A DNA stretch of 64,000 nucleotides, from NCBI GenBank assembly GCA_963669175.1, contig OY769902.1, forward strand, positions 480,001 through 544,000, given 5' to 3'. The notes under the pieces were generated by a model, which saw nothing but the letters and a program-made list of their open reading frames with translations, was not told the origin of the DNA and ran no database searches. The stretch is from a bacterium. Lineage in GTDB: Bacteria > Electryoneota > Electryoneia > Electryoneales > Electryoneaceae. The position numbers were made by a program, and so were the translations under genes. Below are positions 27,818-38,274 of this stretch, in pieces; the first letter of the stretch is position 1, and each line of letters starts with the position of its first letter.

Positions 27818-30103
27818 CTAAACCTGTACCGACGATTGTGGACGTATCCCCAGTTTCCGCATGATCTCACGCACCTGCTCGCCCGGATGCGCCTCCCATG
27901 ATTTCTGCAGCCAGTGCAGCCCGTTCTCCACATCCCCAAGGTTGATCAACCGGATCGCGCTTTGCAAACAGGCCAGCCCCTCAACTTGCTTCCGTGCCGG
28001 TGACTGCCAGTTCAATTGCGGATACAATTCTTCCAGGCTATGACGTTCCAGCAGGGTTCGTGCAATCCGGGCGTCAAAGCTGTAATCAATCTTCACACTT
28101 CCGCTGGACATATTAGCATCATGCCAGCGCCACAGCACCACAATTTCATCGGTATGCTTGCACTTGGCGGTCGGCGCAATGCGTGCCCACCACTCATAAT
28201 CATGCGCTCTGCGATAGCTCTCATCAAACGGCCCGAACCGCTCGAATAACTCCGCTTTTACCATTGTAGCCGGATTCGGGATACCGTTGGATTGCAGCAA
28301 CCTTGCCAGCAGTTCATGGTTGTGGCCGTACCAGTCCGGGTAACGCAACGGCTTTCGTGGTGACAGGTCGGCAAACACGGTCATCAGGTCGCCGTAGATC
28401 ACCTCTGCATCGGGTGTGCTTTGAAGCGTTTTCCAGTGATTGGCAACTGTATCAGGCAACAGCATATCGTCAGAATCCAGCCACAACAGCCAGGGGTGTG
28501 ATGCTTCCCGCACCGCACGATTCCGTGTTTGCGGAGCGCCGGAATGTTCTTTTCGGATATAGCGCAAACGTGGATCATTGAATCGTTCCATGATCTCCGC
28601 AGTCCGATCCGTGCTGCCATCATCCACAACCAGGATTTCCGCAACGGGCAGGGTTTGCATCAACGCGCTGTGAACAGTCAATGCGATAAACTTGTCACGA
28701 TTGTACGTAGGAATCAGGATACTGACTGGTACCTTGTCACCGGATGTTGCCTGAACCTTGTACAGGGTTTGTTCATCCATTCCAATAGGCGCTTGTGCTT
28801 TCTGACGGTCCCGTCCATTCTGCCCCAGTTCGAGCTCCAACTGGCGACGCATCTCGGTGATTTCCGCCAGGGGCACGCTTTCCTCGCCGGCGTACAACGC
28901 TTCCAGCGCCAGTTGCGGATTGCCTTGCATCAGGTAATGATGCGTAACCTGCAACCAGGCGACACCTTCCTCGCGCTGTTCCGCAGGAGACAGATTTTCA
29001 TTGACGGGACGATCCATGATTTCTTCAATGGCAGCCTTCCATTCGATCCAGAGCGGATGGTCTCCGTATTCACGCTTTAGTCGGTTCAGATGCGCTTGGG
29101 CCTTGTCTGGACGTCCACGATACGCCTGCACCAACGCGGGCCACAGGGCATCGGCAAAAGCTTCATCACGGTCCAGCGGCGGGAGTACTGGGCTATCGGA
29201 ACGTGCTTTCAGTAGCGAGGTTTTCCCTTTCATGCCGTTCCACGCTGCCAGGATTTGATCGTAGTCCGGGTGAATCTGGCGGGATCGTTGACGCGAAGGC
29301 TCCTGCCGGGAATGTTTGTCGGTCAGGTGACGGGCGTTACGGGCATATTCATGCAGCAGCACCGCGCCGGGGATATACATCTGCTTCAGCGGGTCACAAT
29401 TATAGCGGAACAGGCGGATCGCCAGGTCCACTCCGCCACCGCCGAAGATTATCGCATCATCCCAACCTCCGACCGCGTAAAACCTCTTAGCCTGGTAGGA
29501 GACATTGCCCTCAACATCGGCATACACCGGGTAGGGTTGATTGCCCAGAGCATAGTGCCCGGCCAGACGATTGATCGGACGGTTGGTTTTGGGCTGAACC
29601 ACTCCACGCACCGCATCCACATCCCAACGTCCCTGTGTTTCCAGATGGGACCGGACAAACGACGGATTCGGGATGCCGTCATCATCAATAAACAGCAAAA
29701 CCGGACCATCAGCGAACAAGGCGCCCACATTACGGGACAGGTACGCTCCGGTGTTCTCTTTCAGCCGAACCATGACATCTGCATAGCGATAGAGCTTTTC
29801 TAGTTCGCCAGATGCTGCGCCGTTATCCACGAAGACAATTTGAAGGCCAAGTCCACGCTGGAGTTGAAGCATACGCAGGCAATTGGCTGTATCCGGATCA
29901 TGACGATAGGTGACAATCACAGCAGTGATACGTGGTGTTTGCGTGGATGTGGAAACCTTTACCTGTTCAATGAGCGACAGGTACTTGTCCCGCCGTTGCT
30001 GCCATGCATTCCCCTTCCCCTGGTCCGCACGGGCTAACCGTTGGTTGAGAAGGGTTTCTACCTGTTCCGACTGTTGAACGACCTGTTTGTCCTGATCCGC
30101 CAT
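27818..30103 (-). CDS. Tandem GT2-GT2 glycosyltransferase with TPR-like linker and tail
   Basis: GGAG RBS before MADQDK; VIVTY..VDNG..FIDDD; ILIPTYNR..VDDGSTD..WLDSDD..HDYEWW. Confidence 0.85.
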   Translation of the reverse strand: MADQDKQVVQQSEQVETLLNQRLARADQGKGNAWQQRRDKYLSLIEQVKVSTSTQTPRITAVIVTYRHDPDTANCLRMLQLQRGLGLQIVFVDNGAASGELEKLYRYADVMVRLKENTGAYLSRNVGALFADGPVLLFIDDDGIPNPSFVRSHLETQGRWDVDAVRGVVQPKTNRPINRLAGHYALGNQPYPVYADVEGNVSYQAKRFYAVGGWDDAIIFGGGGVDLAIRLFRYNCDPLKQMYIPGAVLLHEYARNARHLTDKHSRQEPSRQRSRQIHPDYDQILAAWNGMKGKTSLLKARSDSPVLPPLDRDEAFADALWPALVQAYRGRPDKAQAHLNRLKREYGDHPLWIEWKAAIEEIMDRPVNENLSPAEQREEGVAWLQVTHHYLMQGNPQLALEALYAGEESVPLAEITEMRRQLELELGQNGRDRQKAQAPIGMDEQTLYKVQATSGDKVPVSILIPTYNRDKFIALTVHSALMQTLPVAEILVVDDGSTDRTAEIMERFNDPRLRYIRKEHSGAPQTRNRAVREASHPWLLWLDSDDMLLPDTVANHWKTLQSTPDAEVIYGDLMTVFADLSPRKPLRYPDWYGHNHELLARLLQSNGIPNPATMVKAELFERFGPFDESYRRAHDYEWWARIAPTAKCKHTDEIVVLWRWHDANMSSGSVKIDYSFDARIARTLLERHSLEELYPQLNWQSPARKQVEGLACLQSAIRLINLGDVENGLHWLQKSWEAHPGEQVREIMRKLGIRPQSSVQV

Positions 30104-30257
30104 TACAACTCCATTTGCCTTCATCCGGCTCCACGGTTTGCGGAGTCCAGTCCTGCCTTTTTCAAGAAGAGACACGCGTACGCGAGCGCAAGAGTCGTGC
30201 CTCCATAGTCGGACAGCCATCCTGATCGCGTTCCGGTATTCTGTCATACAGGGTATC

Positions 30258-30274
30258 TGCAAGTTTTACACCGG
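30258..30274 (-). promoter_or_regulatory. Possible sigma54 promoter for the leftward GT operon
   Basis: CCGGTGTAAAACTTGCA on - strand: GG-N10-GC spacing, weak -24 box. Confidence 0.35.
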
Positions 30275-30437
30275 AAACGGGTTTTGCGACGACAGCAATG
30301 AGAATGCGGATTAAGCTCCAGAAAAGTTGAAGTGTTAGCGGAAATATCTTCCAAGCTTCACGGCAGCATTTACCGTTTCAACGGCTCCGCAATCGGGATA
30401 GCGTGTGGTCATAAGCAGGTTTTACGACGCCTTCTTG

Positions 30438-30454
30438 CTGGCATATCTCTTGCG
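30438..30454 (+). promoter_or_regulatory. sigma54 (-24/-12) promoter
   Basis: CTGGCAT-ATCTC-TTGCG matches TGGCAC-N5-TTGC. Confidence 0.6.
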
Positions 30455-30551
30455 AACTGAGCCGTTGTGTGAGATGTACTCGTCTGAGAAGTGAAGCAAA
30501 GTAGTTTGGCCCGGCTTGCTTGCACCCGGGCAGAAAAATCCAACGATACTA

Positions 30552-30791
30552 TTGGCCCCGTCCAGCTTGCTGGCGGTGGTCTATTCTAAATGAAATAAGA
30601 GAGTTAGTCCACTTGTAGTAAATGAATTAGAGAGTTTAGTCCGCTTGTTGTAAATAAACTAGAGAGTTTAGTCCGCTTGCAGTAAAGTGTGGAGAAACTC
30701 ACAAAGCTGAAACGGATACAGCTATGACTACTGAAGGTGCAAATCCTTTAGAATAAGAATAAACCCCGCCGGACAAGCCGGACGGGGCCAA
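30552..30791. repeat. GGCCCCG-family REPIN-like pair enclosing three ~32-bp tandem repeats
   Basis: Arms at 30552 and ~30755-30791; AGAGAGTT(T)AGTCC.CTTG..GTAAA x3 at ~30598-30686. Confidence 0.8.
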
Positions 30792-30967
30792 TTCGTCGGG
30801 GCCAATATCGTCAGTCTATTCTATATGAATAAAAGAATTCGTCCACTTGTTGTAGTGTGGCGCTTAGAATACCGGAAAGCACGCTGAAGCGCGCTGGCCA
30901 TAAATAGAACCAAATGGACACCCCGGCTGAAGCCGGGTGCTAAGAAGAGCCTGCTGAAGCAGGCTGA

Positions 30968-31066
30968 GGTCGTGTGGCCCGGTGTGCTTGCACCCGGGTA
31001 GGTCGCGTGGCCCGGTGTGCTTGCACCCGGGTAGGTCGTGTGGCCCGGTGTGCTTGCACCCGGGTA
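30968..31066 (+). repeat. 33-bp hairpin-containing tandem repeat x3
   Basis: GGTCG(T/C)GTGGCCCGGTGTGCTTGCACCCGGGTA x3; single relative at ~30508-30530. Confidence 0.9.
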
Positions 31067-31093
31067 AAGAAGTGAACATAGCGGAGGATCTGG

Positions 31094-32443
31094 GTGGATA
31101 CCACAAGGAAACAGCAACCCCTGAGGGGTGAGACACTCAGCGTTGTCGGTCTGGGAAAACTTGGCCTGTGTATGGCAGGCGTATTTGCCGAAGCGGGGTA
31201 CAAAGTATTTGGCATTGACGTCAACCCGACCGTGGTAGAACTGGTCAATGACGGCCAGGTACCCTATGTCGAGCCACTGTTGGCGGACGTACTGGCCAAC
31301 GCACGTGGACGTCTGACCGCAACTCTGGACTACCGTGAAGCGATCATGGGTTCTGATATTACGTTCCTCGTCGTCGCCACACCTACCCAGTCGGACGGCA
31401 CTTACGGCAACGAACAACTGGAAGCGTCCCTTTCCTCCATCGCTAAAATCCTGCAAACCAAAGAGAAACATCATCATATCGTAGTCAGCAGCACCGTAAT
31501 GCCCGGCACAATCAACGACGTGTTGATTCCGCTGGTGGAACGTGTCAGTGGAAAGACTGTCGGCAACGGCTGGTCTATCGCCTACAACCCGGAATTCATT
31601 GCCATGGGCAATGTGATTCGCATTTTCACCCAGCCGGACTTTGTGCTGGTCGGCGAAAGTGATGCGGGTATCGGCGAGCACCTGGAAGAGATCTACGGGA
31701 TCATCTGCCCGAACAATCCCCCGGTCAGCCGGATGAATATCATCAATGCCGAGCTGGCGAAAATATCGCTGAACTGCTTTGTCACAACCAAAATCACTTA
31801 CGCCAATATGCTGGCGGAGATGTGTGAAGCCCTGCCCGGCGCGAATGTGGATGTGGTATCAAAAGCCATCGGTCAGGACACCCGTATCGGCAGTAAGGTG
31901 CTGAAAGGTGGATTGGGATTCGGGGGACCATGTTTCCCACGTGACAACCGCGCTTTTGTTCGGCTCGCCAATGACCACGGTGTCCATGCGGAACTGGCGC
32001 ATCAAACGCACCTGACCAACCTGCACCAGGTAGAACGCTTGCGTGGTTGGCTGGAAGAAAACCTGGAACCGGGCTCACCCGTGGCGATTCTCGGTCTGGC
32101 CTATCGTCCGGACACTCCTCTTGTGGAAGAATCCCAAGCGCTTCAGCTCGCGGTTTCCCTCGCGGAAAAGGGCCATGAGGTTCATGTTCATGACCCGGTA
32201 GCGCTGGAAAATGCGCGCAAAGAAGTTGGCGACAAATTGTTATATCACAGCTCGGTGGAAGACGCGGTTACAGGTGTGGACGCGGTGATGGTGACCATGA
32301 TGGACCCGCAATATCGGGATCTGGACTGGGATACCCTGGGCGAAAAAATGGCGTCCGGCGCGCACTTGTTCGACCTGTGGCGGCTCTATTTCGATCACCA
32401 ACCCGACAAGATCAACTACCACGCACTGGGAGTAGGGGTCTGA
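31094..32443 (+). CDS. ugd: UDP-glucose/GDP-mannose dehydrogenase family protein
   Basis: GLGKLG, VATP, SSTVMPG, YNPEF, AELAK...N, GFGGPCFPRD, LGLAY. Confidence 0.85.
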   Translation: MDTTRKQQPLRGETLSVVGLGKLGLCMAGVFAEAGYKVFGIDVNPTVVELVNDGQVPYVEPLLADVLANARGRLTATLDYREAIMGSDITFLVVATPTQSDGTYGNEQLEASLSSIAKILQTKEKHHHIVVSSTVMPGTINDVLIPLVERVSGKTVGNGWSIAYNPEFIAMGNVIRIFTQPDFVLVGESDAGIGEHLEEIYGIICPNNPPVSRMNIINAELAKISLNCFVTTKITYANMLAEMCEALPGANVDVVSKAIGQDTRIGSKVLKGGLGFGGPCFPRDNRAFVRLANDHGVHAELAHQTHLTNLHQVERLRGWLEENLEPGSPVAILGLAYRPDTPLVEESQALQLAVSLAEKGHEVHVHDPVALENARKEVGDKLLYHSSVEDAVTGVDAVMVTMMDPQYRDLDWDTLGEKMASGAHLFDLWRLYFDHQPDKINYHALGVGV

Positions 32444-32459
32444 CTGGAAGAACAGACGC

Positions 32460-32650
32460 TTAACAGGATGATAGGATAGAAGGATATCAAGGATAACTGA
32501 TTAAAAAATTTACAAGATGAATAAGATAGTAAGGACAATACTGTAAAATACTGTCAAACACCTTTTATACACGGTATTACATAAAATTCTTATCCTTTAG
32601 TTATCCTATTATCCTAATATCCTGTTAAGATTTTTGCTTTGCGTGAAACA
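32460..32650 (+). repeat. Composite AGGAT/ATCCT/CTTTGCG intergenic element, copy 2
   Basis: ACAGGATGATAGGATAGAAGGATATCAAGGATAA...TTATCCTATTATCCTAATATCCTGTTAAG...CTTTGCGTGAAACA. Confidence 0.85.
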
Positions 32651-32668
32651 TTTTTGAGGACAAAATAC

Positions 32669-33601
32669 ATGAGAGTATTCCTGACAGGCGGAAGCGGGTT
32701 CTTCGGACGGGCGTTGTTGAAGCAATTCATCGACGGTGGTCATGAGGTCGCCGCGCCCCGTTCCAAAGAAGTGAACCTGCTGGACACAGCCCAGGTGGAC
32801 GCCTCGGTGAAAGCGTTTGAGCCTGACTTGGTGGTTCACTCGGCCGCGTATTACGGCGGTATTGGCATCAACCAGGAAGAGCCGCACAACCTGTTTCACT
32901 ACAACACGCTGATGATCGCCAATATCCTGCACGCTACGGGCGAGGCCGGGGTCAAGCGTTTCCAGGGCATCGGCAGCGCCTGCGCCTATCCCGCAAAGGT
33001 GGACGGCGACTTGCGTGAGGATGAATTCTGGGAAGGCGAATTGCATCCCAGCGTGGTAGGTTACGGCTTCTCCAAGAAACTGCTTCAGGTCGGAATGATC
33101 GCTCATGGCCGCAAGTTCGGGTTTACCTGGCAACTACCCACACTGACCAACCTGTATGGCGAGCATGATGTCTTCACCGAATACCGCAGTCATGTGGTTT
33201 CCGCGCTGATCAAGCGTTATGCCGACGCCACCCTGGAAGGTGCGCCCTACCTGATGAACTGGGGCACCGGCAGCCCGATCCGTGAATTCATGTATGTCCA
33301 TGACGCGGCAGCGGCATGCTACCGTCTGGCCATGACTGATGCGGAAGGTGTGGTCAACATCGGCACCGGGATCGGCACCACGATCAAGGAACTGGCGGAA
33401 TTGACCGCGGAACTGACCGGCTTCAAGGGCGAGGTTCGCTGGGATCCGACCAAGCCGGACGGTGTCGCTCGAAAAGTGTTGGATGTGACCAAAATGAAAA
33501 AGGTTCTCGACTGGGAACCGGAATATGATCTGCATTCCGGCCTGAAACGTACCATCGACTGGTACATGGCCAACAAAGAAGAAGCAGACGCCCGGAAGTA
33601 G
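32669..33601 (+). CDS. GDP-L-fucose synthase-like NAD-dependent epimerase/reductase
   Basis: TGGSGFFG, GGIG.N, SACAYP, YGFSK, NLYG, SHV, WGTGSPIREF, KPDG..RK. Confidence 0.85.
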   Translation: MRVFLTGGSGFFGRALLKQFIDGGHEVAAPRSKEVNLLDTAQVDASVKAFEPDLVVHSAAYYGGIGINQEEPHNLFHYNTLMIANILHATGEAGVKRFQGIGSACAYPAKVDGDLREDEFWEGELHPSVVGYGFSKKLLQVGMIAHGRKFGFTWQLPTLTNLYGEHDVFTEYRSHVVSALIKRYADATLEGAPYLMNWGTGSPIREFMYVHDAAAACYRLAMTDAEGVVNIGTGIGTTIKELAELTAELTGFKGEVRWDPTKPDGVARKVLDVTKMKKVLDWEPEYDLHSGLKRTIDWYMANKEEADARK

Positions 33602-33614
33602 AAAGAGGATTTTC

Positions 33615-34469
33615 ATGGCAGCAACTGTACAAGCACCGTTTGCGCATGTGCCGCTGAAGAAGGTGGAAAACTACTGGAATGCGCGCCCCTGTAACATACG
33701 GCATACGACTGTTCAAGTCGGCACGAAGGAGTTTTACGACCAGGTGGAACAGCGCAAATACATGGTGGAGCCCCATATCCCCGTGTTCGCCAACTTTCCC
33801 CTCTGGAACGGCAAACATGTACTCGAGATCGGCTGTGGCATCGGCACTGACACCATGAACTTCGCCCGTGCCGGAGCAACTGTGACGGCGGTGGACCTTT
33901 CCACTGAATCGCTGAAACTGGCGAAACAACGCGCTGAACTTTACGGCCTTTCGGATAAGATCACCTTCTACCACGCCAACGCGGAAAACCTGTCCGAAGT
34001 GGTTCCGGTAGAAGCCTATGATCTCATCTACAGCTTCGGCGTAATTCATCATACACCTCACCCGGAAAACGCTGTCCGTGAAATTTTGAAGTTTACCAAA
34101 CCTTCCACTCGCCTGAAGCTCATGGTGTACAATCGTTATTCCTGGAAGGTGCTCTGGATTCTGATGAAGTACGGCAAGCTGCAATTCAACAAGGTGGACA
34201 AGTGGATCGCACGCCACAGCGAAGCCCAGACCGGCTGCCCGGTGACGTACAGCTATACCTGTAACACGGTAAAGCACCTGCTGGAAGGTTTCCGCACAAC
34301 CCGGATTCGCGCGGACCACATTTTCCCGTACAAGATTCCCGAATACAAACGATACCAGTATGTGAAAGTCTGGTATTTCCGTTGGATGCCGAAAAAACTC
34401 TTCAGACGGCTTGAACAGGCATTTGGGTGGCACTTGCTGGTCGATGCCGTACCGGAGGAGAACCGTTGA
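33615..34469 (+). CDS. Class I SAM-dependent methyltransferase
   Basis: VLEIGCGIGTD, AVDLS, YSFGVIHHTP. Confidence 0.9.
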   Translation: MAATVQAPFAHVPLKKVENYWNARPCNIRHTTVQVGTKEFYDQVEQRKYMVEPHIPVFANFPLWNGKHVLEIGCGIGTDTMNFARAGATVTAVDLSTESLKLAKQRAELYGLSDKITFYHANAENLSEVVPVEAYDLIYSFGVIHHTPHPENAVREILKFTKPSTRLKLMVYNRYSWKVLWILMKYGKLQFNKVDKWIARHSEAQTGCPVTYSYTCNTVKHLLEGFRTTRIRADHIFPYKIPEYKRYQYVKVWYFRWMPKKLFRRLEQAFGWHLLVDAVPEENR

Positions 34470-35533
34470 TAAACAACACAACAAACACCGCCCGAAAACA
34501 GCCGACCCTTAGCCTTGTGGCAATGGGCCGTAATGATGACCACGGCGGGTACATGTATGAACGGACCAACGCTTTCCTGGATACATGGCGACTGCTGGCG
34601 GCTGAGGAAGGGCTGACGATGGAAATCGTGCTGGTGGAATGGAATCCCCCGGCCGACCGTCCCCCGTTGGCCGATGTGGTCCTGTGGGAGAAGACGCCCG
34701 GTGTGGAACTGAGGATCATTACCGTCCCCCGTGAACTGCACCAGTCGCTTCCCAACAACGAAAAAATCCCGTTGTATCAGATGATCGGGAAGAATGTGGG
34801 CGCACGACGCGCCTACGGCAACTGGATCCTGTTTTCCAACCTGGACATCATGCCGAATCGCCCCATGATCCGGCTGCTTAAATATGCCAGGCTGGACCCG
34901 CAAGCGTTTTACCGTGCCGCTCGCTGGGATTGCGGAGAACGTGTCATCCCGATGGAATTGAGCGCCGATGACCGCATCCGGTTCTGCGAACAGCACCAGA
35001 TCCGTGTGAATTTTGAGACCAAAACGATTCACAAGGGCGAGTTCCGTGAAACCTTCACTGATCCAACCGCCCTGCAGAATCCCGCAGAAATCGAGGACAT
35101 GCTCAAGCGTGGCGAAGGCAAGACGCTGTATTCCAACGCTTGCGGTGATTTCACCCTGATCCATCGTGACATGGTATTCGATCTGCGTGGCTATCCCGAG
35201 ATTCCCTACTGGTCCATTTTCATCGATGGCCTGATGCTTCACGCCGCGCTTGGTGCAGGCGGCAGGCAGGTGGTGATCGGTGATCCCGCACGGGTGTTCC
35301 ATATCGAACACGGTGCGGGCTGGTCGGTGGACAAGAATGTGTACGACAAGGAACTGTCTTTGACCTATAAAGGCATGTACCGTCCCTGGGCGAACCTGCT
35401 GAAAGAGGGCAAAGCGCCGCAGGTAAACCCGTTGGACTGGGGATACGCCAACTTGAACCTGCCGGAAGTGCTGGTTGAAAAGGCTGGCAAGGCGGTTGAT
35501 GTGAACGCAAACGCTGTAAAGGAGATGGCATGA
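34466..35533 (+). CDS. Hypothetical GT-A-like protein
   Basis: GGAGGAG RBS before TTG; GRNDD, EIVLVEWN, KNVGARRA.G..I...N.DI, ACGDF motifs. Confidence 0.7.
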   Translation: MINNTTNTARKQPTLSLVAMGRNDDHGGYMYERTNAFLDTWRLLAAEEGLTMEIVLVEWNPPADRPPLADVVLWEKTPGVELRIITVPRELHQSLPNNEKIPLYQMIGKNVGARRAYGNWILFSNLDIMPNRPMIRLLKYARLDPQAFYRAARWDCGERVIPMELSADDRIRFCEQHQIRVNFETKTIHKGEFRETFTDPTALQNPAEIEDMLKRGEGKTLYSNACGDFTLIHRDMVFDLRGYPEIPYWSIFIDGLMLHAALGAGGRQVVIGDPARVFHIEHGAGWSVDKNVYDKELSLTYKGMYRPWANLLKEGKAPQVNPLDWGYANLNLPEVLVEKAGKAVDVNANAVKEMA

Positions 35534-36210
35534 GTTTACCCGCTGCTCCTGTGGTTGAACCGTTAAAGCTGGACCTTTCCGGGGACCGTGCGATTGAATG
35601 GTCCTGGATGGCGGCGAACATGCCGGACGGTCCCGGTTACGCGCTGGACTTCGGTCCCGGCGGTAGCCAGCTCTCAACCATCGCAGCCATGAAAGGCTAC
35701 GAGGTCACCGGGGTGGACATGCTCGAGGTTACTCGTCCTTTCATCCTGCCCAACTTGCGCTTCCTGCGTGGTGATCTGCTGTCCCTGCAACTGCAGCCGG
35801 GATCTTTTGACCTGGTGATGAACTGCTCCACGGTCGAACACTCCGGCATCACCGGACGTTACGAAATCACACAGGAAGACGAGGACGCCGACTTGAAAGC
35901 CATGCAGCACTTGCGTTCCCTGATGAAACCGACGGCAACACACCTGATTACCATTCCGGTCGGACAGGACGCTGTCTGGCGTCCCCTGCACCGGATTTAC
36001 GGGTTGGAACGTCTGCCGAAATTGCTGGCCGGGTATCGAGTTGCGCTGGCGGGCGCCTGGGTGAAAGACCGGTACAACCGTTGGGAAAAGAGTGATCTGG
36101 AAGTAGCGTTGAAGCGTCCGACAGCGCCGCAGGTTTACGGCCTGGGCACCTTCGCCCTGCAACGTGACGATCATCCAGCCCCGGCAAAGGAGGTGAAGCT
36201 GCCATGGTAA
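35530..36210 (+). CDS. DUF268-like / class I methyltransferase-fold protein
   Basis: R.IEW, ALDFG.G, STVEH.G..GRY, TIPVG.D....HRIY. Confidence 0.7.
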   Translation: MSLPAAPVVEPLKLDLSGDRAIEWSWMAANMPDGPGYALDFGPGGSQLSTIAAMKGYEVTGVDMLEVTRPFILPNLRFLRGDLLSLQLQPGSFDLVMNCSTVEHSGITGRYEITQEDEDADLKAMQHLRSLMKPTATHLITIPVGQDAVWRPLHRIYGLERLPKLLAGYRVALAGAWVKDRYNRWEKSDLEVALKRPTAPQVYGLGTFALQRDDHPAPAKEVKLPW

Positions 36211-37550
36211 CTCTCTTCGCTTTGCCGAAACCGTTTGAAGGTCATAACGGCGTCATCCAGCGCAATGCCCTGCAAAGCTGGACAAGGATGATGGGCAATC
36301 CCCAGCTCATCCTGCTGGGTGATGATGCCGGAGTACCCGAAACCGCTGCCGAGCTTGGTTTGGAATACGGCGGCCCGCTGGAACGGACTGAATTCGGCAC
36401 CCCAAGGCTGGATCATCTTTTCAACCGTGGTCAGGAACTGGCGCGTCATGACCTGGTCGTGTATTGCAACGCTGACATCATACTCGCGCCGGATTTCCCC
36501 CTGCATTTTAAGCAGATCGGCGATCATTTCGAGAACTTCCTGATGATCGGCCAGCGCTGGGATCTGGACATCACCGAGCCGATTGATTTTAACGATCCCG
36601 ACTGGATGATGCAGCAGAAAGCGCGGATCATGCGTGAAGGCTGTCTGCATCGTCATTCCGGGGTGGACTATTTCGCGTTCCGCAAGGGCTTGTACCCGAC
36701 GATTCCACCGATGGCGGTGGGACGTGTTGCCTGGGACAACTGGCTGGTGATGGAAGCAGGACGTCAGAACGCGGCGGTTGTGGATGCCTCTGACGCCATC
36801 TTCGCCATTCACCAGAACCATGACTACGCCCACGGCGGCGGCTACCAGGCGGTCTGGAAAGGCAATGACGCTCAACGGAACCTGAAGCTCGCAGGCATGA
36901 AAAACGGTCTGGCCGGATGGATTCAGAACGCCGCGACATGGCGACTTTTACCCGGAAAGCTGGTTCCGGCGGCGAAAACACCCCCGGTCGATGATATCGC
37001 CCGTGCGTCCGCAGAATGGCCGACTTATCTCAAGCAGGCCACCACGCTGATTGAACAGGGCAAGGCACAACAGGTTCTGGCGCTGCTTACTCCACTCCAG
37101 AACGCCTTCGGGCATATCGAAGAGTATCACTACATCCGTGCCATTGCGCTTGCTCACGGGCAAAAGATCAAGGAAGCGGTTGATGCCTGTAATGCAGCGC
37201 TACGGATCAACCCAGGTTCCAAGCCGATCAAAGACCTGATGAGCCAACTCGGTGTTCAACCTTCGACCACCTGGTCCCAGGCCGGACCTTCGGCGCAAGT
37301 TGCTCCGGCACAAACGCAGGTAACGGCGGCGGTAGCTCCGGCTCCGGCTGCAGTGACACCTGCTCCGGCCGCAGCGCCCAAACCTGTGCCCAAAGCAAAA
37401 CCGCGCAGGGAAATTGAAGCGGATATCGATCGCGCCATGCGCCGCATTCCCGAAGATGTGGACAGTGGCCTGCGTGATCTGCAACAGGCATTTGAAGCGA
37501 TGTACGACCATATACACGAGGTTGGCGGTTCACCACGTTCGGTGCGATAA
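36204..37550 (+). CDS. Hypothetical GT-A-like protein with TPR and Ala/Pro-rich linker
   Basis: PKPF...IQRNA..SW, Y.NADI, G.RWD, G.DYF.F, GR..WDNW, HQNHDY; TPR-like helices; APAPAA stretch. Confidence 0.7.
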   Translation: MVTLFALPKPFEGHNGVIQRNALQSWTRMMGNPQLILLGDDAGVPETAAELGLEYGGPLERTEFGTPRLDHLFNRGQELARHDLVVYCNADIILAPDFPLHFKQIGDHFENFLMIGQRWDLDITEPIDFNDPDWMMQQKARIMREGCLHRHSGVDYFAFRKGLYPTIPPMAVGRVAWDNWLVMEAGRQNAAVVDASDAIFAIHQNHDYAHGGGYQAVWKGNDAQRNLKLAGMKNGLAGWIQNAATWRLLPGKLVPAAKTPPVDDIARASAEWPTYLKQATTLIEQGKAQQVLALLTPLQNAFGHIEEYHYIRAIALAHGQKIKEAVDACNAALRINPGSKPIKDLMSQLGVQPSTTWSQAGPSAQVAPAQTQVTAAVAPAPAAVTPAPAAAPKPVPKAKPRREIEADIDRAMRRIPEDVDSGLRDLQQAFEAMYDHIHEVGGSPRSVR

Positions 37551-37557
37551 GAAGTCT

Positions 37558-37736
37558 TGTCAGGTCTGACCAATTGTTTTGTCAGGTCATGCGCATGCGG
37601 TTTTTGTTTGTGGCAATTCTGCAACCCGAATTAAACGGTTGGTTTGAAGCGGGATGCGTGTCGGGTCACAATCCGCTTCGCGTATCAAGACCCGGCACAA
37701 CGCCGTAGCATGTTTTGTCAGGTCTTGCGCATGCGG
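37558..37736. repeat. Cluster of GTCAGGTC-family REP arms
   Basis: TGTTTTGTCAGGTC(A/T)TGCGCATGCGGT twice around GTGTCGGGTC-ACA...CAA-GACCCGGCAC. Confidence 0.7.
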
Positions 37737-37744
37737 TACGCTAG

Positions 37745-38075
37745 AATCCCGAAGGGATTCCCTATTTTAGCATAGTGTACAGGCCGTCAGTTTGGCCTGC
37801 ACACTATGTCAGAAATTTTAACTAATAAACAACCCTGTAAGGGTTGCATAATAATCGATTAAAACTTGTTCATTAAATAAGTTAGAACGTATTTGATATT
37901 TATAGACATCAATTGACCGTAAATGATGCTTTATGCAACCCACTTCGGGGTTGAAACGGTTTTGTTTCTCTACCCAGGGTGCGCGCTAAAAAGACAGCGC
38001 GTACCCTGGGCTAAAATAGCATACTCCTTCGGAGTATAGCTTTGTCAGCAGTCTGCATACTCCTTCGGAGTATAT
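37745..38075. repeat. Multi-hairpin palindromic element (CCCAGGGT/AACCC..GGGTT family)
   Basis: ATCCCGAAGGGAT, CATAGTGT.CAGGCC..GGCCTG.ACACTATG, AACCCTGTAAGGGTTGCATA / TATGCAACCC, CCCAGGGT.CGCGC..GCGCG.ACCCTGGG, TACTCCTTCGGAGTA x2; half copies at 56923-57027 and 62109-62212. Confidence 0.75.
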
Positions 38076-38274
38076 GATCTGGGCAAAATTTTACCACCGC
38101 CAAAGGGTGGACAGACAAAGATGTGTGTAAGAGTCAGGGGCTATTATCAGCCAACCACTACCGTGGTTACTGGAAATATCAACAGATACAACACACGAAG
38201 AGAATTTGCTTTAAATATCTGGGTTGGTTTGTAAGGCTGACCGGACTTGTTGAAGAAGTAGAAAGGAACAGATC

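Noticed and set aside
30821-31248. Minus-strand ORFs with 11-aa repeats (YPGASTPGHTT / RVQAHRATRPT)
   Set aside because: Translations of the 33-bp DNA tandem repeat; antisense to or overlapping ugd.
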